Shown here: positions 14,313-24,660 of the stretch, piece after piece
Position numbering within the stretch: the first letter of the stretch is position 1
Layout: each line of letters begins with the position of its first letter
Assembly (NCBI GenBank): GCA_977017575.1
Contig: CDRNVI010000052.1
Coordinates: 273,346 to 337,345 of the forward strand
DNA length: 64,000 nucleotides
Source: Paramoeba atlantica
Taxonomy: Eukaryota > Protista > Discosea
Direction of reading: 5' to 3'
Notes under the pieces: generated by a model
Databases searched by the model: none
What the model was told of the DNA's origin: nothing
What the model saw: only the letters and a program-made list of their open reading frames with translations
Program-made: the position numbers and the translations under genes

Positions 14313-16548
14313 TGCAAGGAATACATAGATGCATTCCTTGGCAATGTTGTGCCACATGTTTGGTCATAGCCTCTTTTTCAAGAGGTGTTTCGGAACACCT
14401 GGTATGTGTTTTCCGTTTCAAGGACGTTTTCTGTCCAAAGAAAAGCTGTCCAAAAAAAGCTTCTGCGGGTTTTGTTCGAAAAAAAATTCGTGCGGTATCC
14501 CCCCCCCCACTAGAGCCCCCCCATGGACGCCCCCCATGGACCCACCATTTTTTTCATTTTTTTTTTTTTTGGCCCTTTTTGATCTTTTGCACAAAGTTGA
14601 GCTTCGGGATTCGGAAGGTCACTTTCGAGAAGAATAACTTTACAAGAATCACCAATTGTAATAAGTTGATCGTCATTCGTTCGCTTTTTGTACCTTTTCA
14701 TGCACTCTTCTTGAGCTTCCGTACTGACTGAAAAATCTTAAAAAGGAAGACGATCAATGTAGGAAGACTCATAGAAGTATTTTAGTGTGTCTTCTGGATT
14801 GCGCTCAGATGAAGAGAAGAAGAAGAAGACACTGAGGGCTCTGCAGCGCCAACCGTTAGGGTAGATCCATACTGATTTTAGTGGATGATCTATCCTTGTG
14901 AAGGCGTCTTTGGTACGCTTTTCTGGTGGATACAAAGTGAAGGGTATATCCACCAATTCGCCATTTTCCAGTGATTTTCGTTGATGCGCTCGGGAACTGG
15001 ATGCAAGCCTTCCCGATACATATGAAAATATCTAGGGGATAGTCCTTGGTAAAGATCAAGTGCCCAGTTAGGAAGCTTGGCATGAATCGTGCTTTCCAAT
15101 GCTCTGGTTAACTCTTCCCGTTGTTGCGTGATATGTGTAACCCTAGAAACTGAGTGAGGGCTCAGTTCCGTCCACAGAAGACAATGATAGTGCAGTGCGC
15201 CTCCTTTTTGACATTCTACTACACCGAAAAAGGCACGAGGAGCGCCGAAGATACCAATACGAACTTCCTGTTCCTTCTGTAAGACTAGTCGACAGCAGCG
15301 TGTTGTCAGGACTAGTCGACAGCAGCTTCTAGTCGACGCATCGTGTTGGTAACAGCACGTGGTGCCGCCTTGGACAAGCGGAAACTGGTAGAGGACGTCG
15401 GCCTCGGAACTTCCAAATCTGTCTGTGAAGGGTCTGGCTTGCGAGCGACCATCCGGAGCAACCCGGAATGATTATCATCCTCAGTAATAATGCGAAGCCC
15501 GAGAATATTGTCATTCATGTTTGGACTTATGGTAATCCAAAACGATGGCAATCCCAATCTTCTTTAAAGTGCCCATATAAGAGCTTGCGAAGCTTTTCGT
15601 TTCCCAGGGGAGAAAGGAAGAGACTGGCTTCACACTTAAACGTAAGGTAAAAAAGCGTCTTCGAGTATTTTGGATTCCCTTCCGTTTGGATTACGTGCTG
15701 CATTTTCCACAAGATCTTGAAAATCAGCCCGGGAACAAAAGTGCATCAGACTTTGCTGCATATCGCGGTGCATAAGCTTGTGCAGTCGCACTTGATACCG
15801 CGGGGCGGAGGAGTACGTAAAACGTAAAAAAGGAATGCAGGACAAAAGAAGGGTTCATTTCGTAGTCTTGGAAAGTGTTTCCCTTGAAACAAAATTTTTG
15901 CATGAGATCAGGAAAACTTCCCAACAAGATCTCTCTCATATCTGCATTGAGAAGACCCGGGCGCATGGTCATGAGCGGTGCACGTGAAAGATAAGTCTTT
16001 GCACTAGTGGCTAGCGAGGGACTATGGTCACCCACAAACGTGTGAGTTACTCTTCCTCGAGGGTCGCTATGGAGTGTGCTCTATAGCGCCACGTACAACC
16101 ATGCTGCGCGTCGCATCTTCCCTACCTTCATACAAGGCGCGATCCCAAATTGACTCCGCAATTCTTTCGCATTGCACATCAGTGGCAACGTTGATCTTTC
16201 CTCGCTCCTTGAGACTTCGTTGTGCTCGGCAAGCCAATTGACCCAGGTGTTAATAGTCGTGGCGTTGACTGAAAAATATCGGCTCAATTGTGCGGCGCAC
16301 AATCTTTGAGAGCGTTTGGTTCTCTTACCGTTCGATACCCATACAATCTGAACATACGTACTTGCTCTCTCAAGATCCGGAACGCGGTCGAGACTCAGAA
16401 GCTCAACCGTGTCGCGTGCAGCTGCTGTGTCGTGACCCATAAATTTTGCATCACCTCCTAACGAAGCAGCGTAAGCCCCACCAAACTTGTTTACTTCGAC
16501 ATACGTACAATGTACTAATATCTTGCAAAGCAAGATTCTTTCTATAAT
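14313..16548 (-). pseudogene. Fragmented, partly scrambled relic of a second Helitron Rep/helicase gene, interrupted by S1, S2 and family-A fragments
   Basis: Translated pieces align by eye with the 42289-50651 gene: LPSFWITISPNMNDN vs LPSYWITVSPNMNDN; RAFFGVVECQKGGALHYH vs RAFFGVVECQKRGALHFH; CKVILLESDLPNPEAQLCA identical; GGAYAASL. Confidence 0.85.
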
Positions 16549-17865
16549 CCAGGCTAAAGTGGACGAGGGAGATACTAAAGGCACCTTTGGAAAACCACCA
16601 CAAAACTGGAACGGTATCACCCGTTAAATACCCTTTTGCCACATCAGAATGCTCTACAAACCGGGAGATACCGTTCCAGTTTCGAGGTCGTTTCCCAAAG
16701 GTGCCATTAGTATCTCCCTCGTCCACTTTAGCCTGGATTACATAGCCATCCGAACATGTTCCCTATGGCGCTTTACTGTTTCCCACGCGAGGGAGTCGTC
16801 GTCGCCGCCGGAAAAAGAAAATATAAAGGGGAGTCTAAAGCAACAGTATCTCCCGTTAAAGATTCTTTTGTCCCATTAGAAACCTTTACAAATCGGGAGA
16901 TACCGTTCCAGTTTCGAGGTGGTTTTCCAAAGGTGCCTTTAGTATCTCCCTCGTCCACTTTAGCCTGGATTACATAGCCATCCGAACATGCTCCCTATGG
17001 CGCTTTACAGCTTCCCATGCGAGGAAGTCGTCGTCGCCGCGGCAAAAAGACAGAAGGCACCGCCTTCTGCCTTTTTGCCTTGCGCCTCCTCCTTCCTCTA
17101 CGGCCTTGCGTGTCACACACTTCCAGGTAAATTTTGGATTTTGTAGGTGTATTATCGGAACAGGGTGGAGAAATATCGAATGAAGCCAAAGCGTATACAC
17201 GTATATAAGGCCCGAAACTCTCAAAAAACGGTCTAGGAGTTGATTTGGGAAAAATATATTTTTTGACTTTCACCCATAATTTTTCAGTTTTTTTTTTCAA
17301 AATTTCAAAAATTGCTATGATCACGCTGGTGGGGAGGGGGGCAGGGGTACCCATCGGAATTGTTGACTCGGAATTTTTAGTGATCTCGTCACTCAATTCG
17401 ATTCATACGTCTTCCTTTTTTCCTTGCGCCTCCTCCTTCCTCATCGGCCTTGCGTGTCACACACTTCCGGGCAAATTTTGGATTATGTAGGTGTATTATC
17501 GGCACCGGGTGGAGAAATATCGAATGAAATCAAAGGGTATGCAGGTATAGAAGGCTCCAAACTCTCAAAAAACGCTCTAGGAGTTGATTTGGGAAAAATA
17601 TATTTTTTCACTTTCACCCATAAATTCTTATTTTTTTTGCAAAATTTCAAAAATAGATATGATCACCCTGGTGGGGATGGGTGGGGTGGCAAGGGGTACC
17701 CATCGGAGTTGTTGAAAAACTAGTCATCTTGTCATTAAATACGATTCATACGTCTTTGTAAACTTTTTTTTCGAAAACTCACCTGAAACGATATCGGGCA
17801 CGAAATCGGGCCACAAATCGGGCACGAAATCGGGCACGGCGAATTAACCTATGGTAGCGAGGGGG
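16549..17865 (-). mobile_element. Hairpin-ended non-coding unit, family B (copy 1)
   Basis: ~190-bp foldback at 16549-16738 (CCAGGCTAAAGTGGACGAGGGAGATACTAAAGGCACCTTTGG...CCAAAGGTGCCATTAGTATCTCCCTCGTCCACTTTAGCCTGG), an internal ~340-bp dimer (17083-17420/17425-17760) and ATCGGGCACGAA-type short repeats. An inverted copy lies at 31545-32646. Confidence 0.7.
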
Positions 17866-18299
17866 TTTTATCTCCCTCAATAAACTAATAATAAACTCGA
17901 GGTAGGCTGTCAACTGGAGGCTGCGAAGGGATTGGTTCCGGTAGCCTCTCGTTTTTACATTCAGAGCGTTCACACCGACCGCAGAGAACCTGTATACGAT
18001 CAGCTATTTCAGATACAAGGAGAAGGGTAACACACCCATTACAATGCGCGAGACGCTGGAAATTGTCAACGGCTTTTTTGAAGTTTTCCATGCACTTCTC
18101 CTTAGATTCTTCACTGACTGAATGGTTTCAAAGTATTGAAGCCCCTGAGGTGCGTGAGTGGAAACACTCATTCATCTCGCCACTGGAAGGTGGCCAGCTC
18201 ACTCGACCAAGAAAAGCCTGCCGGTTGGACACCGGGTGGTGGTCGAGGCGGCTGTGGCAAAGATTTCTCCATAAAATAAAAAATAAAATAAAAATCTTT

Positions 18300-18331
18300 A
18301 ACGATAAAGATACAGTTTCTGTACCTTGTTG
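18300..18331 (+). other. Spliced-leader exon-like sequence followed by a ~20-nt CRE 5' stub
   Basis: AACGATAAAGATACAGTTTCTGTACCTTGTTG carries the CAGTTTCTGTAC...TTG core conserved in kinetoplastid and diplonemid SL exons. It is followed by AATTATTTTC, as at 28436 and 56982. Confidence 0.8.
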
Positions 18332-20773
18332 AATTATTTTCCTTATCTCATACCTTTCCATATGATACCATATATGGTGTTTCCTCTTCAGCCCTCACCT
18401 GTGTAAATGCAAAAACTGGCAACGTCCGTTTTTGTAACGATTTGAACTTTTTGTCTGTGTTCAGTGGGGTCATGTTTCGTCTTTTGGAGCAGGATTTTTC
18501 TTCCAAACCACGGAAAAAAAAGGAGGCGTTTCCGTCAGACTGTTGAGAAGCTTTTTTCGCAAGCCAGTCCGATGTGTCATTATGTGGGTTCCCTTCATGC
18601 CCCCTAACCTTGATGATGAACACGCGTCGGTCAGCTTCTAATTGAAAGCAGACACGATGTATCTTTGATAAGAGGTCCGAATTTTCAAATTGGTGAAACC
18701 CGAATAGAGAAAACCTGTTCCGAATCACATGGAAAAATTCCCATACATACGCAGAGCCTGTGTGAATGATAATATCCTTCTCATGCTTCATTGCCATCTG
18801 CAGAGCCTCATAGACAGCATAAAGTTCCGCAGCTGTTATTGTGAGTGATATTTCTGACGGAGGTTTTAGTCCTACAAGTGTCTTTTCTACCCGATTGCCC
18901 AATAACACAATACCGCAACCTGATGAAATTCCTGTTTTCGTTGTTCTTAATGCGCCGTCTGTGTATAAATGCAAGGAAGTGAAAAGGCACCGCACCTTCT
19001 TCTACGAATTGTAATGACGAGTAGACTTTTTGCTTCATTGAATCCTGTTTGGTTTTTTCCCATCTTGGAGATTCTATAGGAAGATAATTCGGACGTGGCT
19101 CAAGGCGCGCCTTTAAACGATCAACATTAGAGCGCCAGCGTGTTCTGTCTTTAGAAATTTGAATAACATCGGGAACAGACAAGCCTAGATCATCGGAACA
19201 AGATTCAGACAGACAGGTTTGCGTCTTTCGTTTACGTTCTCGCCAGAGAATCGCCACACTGAAAGGAGAATCGTGTCGAAGAAGATGGCCTATAAGCTGC
19301 GCTCTCTGCATTTTCGCCACCGTGCTAAGCTTTGAATCATTTTGGTACAGAGCTTCTGTTCGAATACCCCTTTTCCCATCCCAAGTACGGCCTACACCAC
19401 ACACCATTCTGCGCATTTTGTTTACCTCAATATCTAATTCCCGGAGCCTATTGGTTGATATATCCCATGTTCCTAAATTATATTGCACTACTGGCATCAC
19501 AAGTGTACGGAATACTGTCATACGGCTCGAGATTGGCAAAGGTGATTTCCAGATCGGCCTAAGTTTATGCATCAATGCCCACCCAAGTCTCATTCGTTCA
19601 TTGGGTGCAACATTTCGATCTTCGCTTTCTTGCTTGTTTCCTAGGTAGCGGTATTTGTAAACTCTGGGGATATGCCCTATACTCGGTATTATGAGTTCGC
19701 CCCCGCTATCAGAAACCTTTCCAACAGTCATCCAAGCAGTTTTATTGACCCCCAAGTTAATACTGAGGTTTGCGTTCCGAGCAGTTTTTGGATTTGGATT
19801 TTTGGTTCCGAGCAGCTCGGTAAAGACTCTCTAACATGTCAGCGAGTTCTACTTTAGATGAGGCAAATAAGACTATATCATCGGCGTAGTCGATATCCGA
19901 GATACGCAAATGTTTCTCACCACGGCTTTTCGATCCTGTAGAATATGTTATTAAACCAGACCCTTTAGCATCGAGCGCTTCTGCCAATATCCGATCGAGT
20001 ACCATGATAAACAGATAGGGTGCGAGAAAGTCTCCTTGCAGAGTACCATTGCTAATTGAAAAAGATTCCGTGTTTCCGTACGGTGTCCTTACGAATGATT
20101 TTAGACCGTCATACATACTCATAATCACTTTCGAAACGTTTTCCGGTATATGGAAAGAATGAAGTGCTTCGCGTATGGCAGAAAAAGAAACTGATGGGAA
20201 AGCTTGTTTAAAATCCACAAATGACCGCAACTCCTTCACCCCTCAAGGCCTTGGCGGTGATTTCCACGAAAGTAGCTTGAGCACCAGCAGTCGACCTATG
20301 TGGACGAAAACCGAACTGATTCGGCCTAAGCATGTTTTCTACCGCTGGTTGGATTCGTTCGAGTACCATCCGATTCATTATCTTTACCACGTGATTAACA
20401 ATGCACACCGGCCGCCAGTTAGATAGAATACCCAAATTTCCCTTTTTTGGAAGCGGAACTTGAAGTATCGTTTTCCACTTATCTGAAACAGCCCCCGTTT
20501 CTCGGACATCATTTATTATTTGAAGTAACGTCCCCATCAATCCGTCATGCGAGTTCAAAGATCGTAAAGCTTCGACTGGGATGTCGTCGGAAACAGCCGC
20601 CTTTCCGCCCTTTACCTTCTGCAGAGCTTTGCGCAGCTCATGGAGGTTGAACTCTTTATCATTTATCACAATCATGCTCTTTGTCGATAGGGGAAAATTC
20701 AAATTTTCTACCTTTGTCAGCTCTTGCTTTCCAATTGGGGGAGGTGGCGGAGTGGCACCCCCCATTGTCCAAT

Positions 20774-21155
20774 GGGGGAGGTGGCGGAGTGGCAAGAACT
20801 CAAAGTTTGAAGCACATGGTGCTTAGACGGCGAGTTCAAACCCGCTCATCGCAATATTCCCGGCGGCCTCACTCTAAAAGGCTGGGCTGATAACCGACTA
20901 GGCCCAGTACTCGGAGGACCGTTCCGGACCCTCCCCTCAGGGAACCAGCTCCCTTACCCGGCTTACACCTCTTGGGTAAGCCGTGTTGGCGTACAGTTCG
21001 TCGACGCAGCGTGTTGGTAACCGCACGTTTGTGCCGCCTTGGACAAGCGGAAACTGGTAGAGGACGTCGGCCTCGGAACTTCCAAATCTGTCTGTGAAGG
21101 GTCTGGCTTGCCAGTGACCATCCGGAGCAATCCGGAATGATTTGGATTTTTGGAT
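20774..21155 (+). mobile_element. SINE S2 full copy, 9-bp TSD TTGTCCAAT
   Basis: TTGTCCAAT at 20765-20773 and 21156-21164; interrupts the LINE between endonuclease and RT. Confidence 0.85.
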
Positions 21156-22144
21156 TTGTCCAATTGCCTGAAAATGATTCTTTACAGTAGAAAGGCTATC
21201 CTGAGCAGTATCCCCAAACAAAGAAAATTCCTTACGATTGTCTCCTACAATGTTACGTATGGTGCGATATGCGCTCTTTGGGCGTTTGCATAAATCTTCT
21301 TCTAGGACTTTACATTCCTCCGTTATGCTTTTATAGATCTGTTCTGCATGTGCTTTCGCAAAATTATCAAATTTGCGCTGATTCCTAGACACCCTTAATA
21401 TAGTTTTCATGACAAAACTCCAGGGATCAGACGTATCATTCGCAGCTCTATTTATATTGTTATCAGTAACGCGTAGAGGTAGTTTTCCGGAAGCTTCCTT
21501 CACAGCCGTAGATAATTTATCCCACAGTAATGGCCCAATCTCATCATCTCTCGATCTCTTGTTTCCCCCATCCATTGCCACCTCCACATTTTTGATGAAG
21601 GCATCTTTCATGCCCTCATTTCGAAGAGATCCCCAAAACGGTTTTCGGTTTCCCGCATTACTTTTGGCTTTCCATCGTATTTTTAGATCCGCAATCACAA
21701 CACAATGTCGCGTGGTGCCAGTAGCACCTTCTGAGAACGAATGGGAGAACAAAAGCGATTGTTTGTAATAATATGATCCATCTGCTTCGTGAGTCCAAGT
21801 GGATGCTTCGAAGTAGGGGGAAACCGATACGTCCATTTTCTCTCCGCACTGCAACATTCATGTGCGGATTTCGCTCCAATTCATAGTAGAAACTTCTTAA
21901 ATTCTCGTGTTCGTTTAGAAGAACGCTTTTTCCCCATAGATGTTTGCAGGGGAGAGTTCATATCCCCACAGATGATTTTCAGCGAGCTTTCGGAGTCATG
22001 CCATGCGTCAAAGAGTTCTTCATCAAACTCAGATTGCGTAGTTTTCTTTGCTCCTGCTGTAGGGGAATAAACGTTGAATACGCTTGCATTAATATCTCGA
22101 ACTTTCATTGTACCCCGCATTATTCGATCATTGATTTTGTCAAC

Positions 22145-22531
22145 GGGGAGGTGGCGGAGTGGCAAGAACTCAAAGTTTGTAGCACATGGTGCTCAGACGG
22201 CGAGTTCAAACCCGCTCATCGCAATATTCCCGGCGGCCTCACTCTAAGAGGCTGGGCTGATAACCGACTAGGCCCAGTACTCGGAGGACCGTCCCGGACC
22301 CTCCCCTCAGGGAACCAGCTCCCTTACCCGGCTTACACCTCTTGGGTAAGCCGTGTTGACGTACAGTTTGTCGACGCAGCATGTTGGTAACAGCACGTTG
22401 TTGCCGCCTTGGACAAGCGGAAACTGGTAGAGGACGTCGGCCTCGGAACTTCCAAATCTTTCTGTGAAGGATCTGGCTTGCCAGTGACCATCCGGAGCAA
22501 TCCGGAATGATTTGGATTTTTTTTGGATTTG
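22145..22531 (+). mobile_element. SINE S2 full copy, 12-bp TSD GATTTTGTCAAC
   Basis: TSD at 22133-22144 and 22532-22543; splits the APE domain. Confidence 0.9.
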
Positions 22532-24660
22532 GATTTTGTCAACATTCATTGGTAAAAGACTTAAAATCGCCATCCCGTTATACCCCTTAACGGCACTCAT
22601 AAAATATAGATGAATATTCATGTCACCCAGATAGAGCCGACAGTGGATAACGGCTCTTCGCTTTCAAACGACAAACGCGTTTCCTGCAGGGTCATTATGG
22701 TAACACCGTAACTCCGCATGAATGCCACGGCCTGGTGTAGACGATAACTGCGACGTAGAGCAAATGCGTCCGCGGACTTGCATTTCAATGTGTCCACATT
22801 TAGGGTGCTTACCACAAACCCCACTCTCATAGCTTGAATCTTGGGTCTCTGCTCTCGGGCGCCACGCCGAAAACAGGTTTTGAGCTTCCGATTGCGTCCG
22901 TGCAATGATTTTGGGAGTATTCCAACCCTGCCGCCCAGCACATGGACACGTTCATCTCTCGGTGGAAACGGGAGGAGCCGTCCATTCATCAAGTCGTACT
23001 TAACAAGCCAATTAGACCCGCCAAGCGAAGAATGAACAACCCCTTCCCAAAGTGCAATGCGTTCGCGGTAGGCCATGCGCCAAACAACAGCCACACGTTT
23101 TCCAACTCCAAAAACCATCGACATCTGCAAAAGGGCCTGCTGCCGGAGTTTTATTACACCACCCCTCTGCTTTGGTTGCAAAAAGAGGTTGCCCCGACCA
23201 CACCTGGCCGTTAGGAGTTTGTCACGAACTTCCAACAAACCATCGAACGGTCCGGAGGCCTCCGCCATTTTGTATCAACGTATTAATACAAAAAGTGATC
23301 TTAATACAAAAAGTGATGAACAACCTAGGGAGTGATAACCTCGCGTTCTGTAAGATGGACCCGCGAAACGCATTTAACAACGTAAATAAAAGACTTTCCA
23401 GAGTTATCGCCATGGGTAGAATGGTGCTCCAAATCCAATCCAAATCATTCCGGATTGCTCCGGATGTTCACTGGCAAGCCAGACCCTTCACAGACAGATT
23501 TGGAAGTTCCGAGGCCGACGTCCTCTACCAGTTTCCGCTTTTCCAAGGCGGCACCAACGTGCTGTTGCCAACACGCTGCGTCGGTGGAAGTATAGGAATA
23601 TTGCATAAGTATACGAATATTGCATAAGTATAGGAAAATTGTATAAGATACCTTCTTATATATAATCCTTCTTAAGGAAGAAGGAGGTTAGAATGGTGCT
23701 ACTCACACCCGAGCGTTCTCACCTACGGAAATCACTTCATATCATCTGCGGAAGGTGTGCAACAGGGCTACCCCCTAGGTCCACTCTTATTCTCCCTAGT
23801 CCTCTCGAACGCCACCGAACAAATAGCATCACGGGCTAACCTAGACTCGCAGCTCTTTAGTATTTGTATGACGGGATCCTTATGGGGTAGGCGGGTGAAG
23901 TCAGAAAGGCATTGGACGTGTTTTCTGAGTTCGGCCCTAAATGCGGTTTGTTCTAAAATCCAAAAAAGCCCATGTCACTGAACAATTCCCTGAAATCCCA
24001 GCGGAGAAAATCCATGTTGACGGAAACTTTGATATCCTCGGAAGTCCGATTGGATCTGCAGAGCATTGCGCGGAATTCCTTCTCTTAAACGCAATAGAAC
24101 CAGCATTTTATTATTTTTTGTGTGATTATTTTTTTTTTTGTTTTTTTTTAAGGGGGGAGAAGTATGAATCGCGGCATTGCCTCTATATTTTGACCCAGTA
24201 GACGAACCAAGTAGGTCCATTGGGGGGGTATACGAGTTGAAAACAAGCAATCAAATTAGCAATTCTTTTTGTTTCCACAGATGTACCTTTTGTTTTTTCT
24301 CAGCCCAAAACTAGCAATTTAATCTCCCCTAAGTATATACTACAAACAAGAAACAGTAAAAACTAAAACAAGCAATACAGACCCAATCCATTCGCGCGTT
24401 CCGGACCGGGTCTTTCGACCACTCCACGGCCTGACTTGTGAACCCTTCCCTTGCTATATGGGAGGGCGCAGGCGCGGGCCTGTGTCGACAGCGACACGGT
24501 CGCGAAACAGGATGCTGGCCGACGGGGAGGAGATTCACTACCCGTGTACTACCTCACTTGGGGTACCTAGCCCTCGCGGGCTAGGCGTGAGCATAGACTC
24601 TGTCGACCCGACCAGCACCCGTGGCCTATGTCACCACCATAGGATCCGTTGGGTCCGACA

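Larger units (their letters stand above)
18348..23268 (-). mobile_element. Decayed non-LTR retrotransposon with APE endonuclease, RT and C-terminal RNase H; three S2 insertions
   Basis: APE motifs: TLNVDTL, TLQETRL, NVYSPT, ICGDMNS, QMDHII. RT motifs: NWRPV, QFGFRPHRST, FVDFKQAFPSV, GTLQGDFLAPYLF, DYADDIVL, YRYLG. RNase H motifs: LYTDGA, AELYAV, KVRGHEGNPHNDTSD. Multiple stops and frameshifts. Confidence 0.9.

Noticed and set aside
13388-14369. Short ORFs across S1/S2 (e.g. SFRIAPDGHWQARPF..., poly-Glu/poly-Phe)
   Set aside because: They recur only because the SINEs recur; starts and stops differ between copies, and the low-complexity parts come from the (TCT)n tail.
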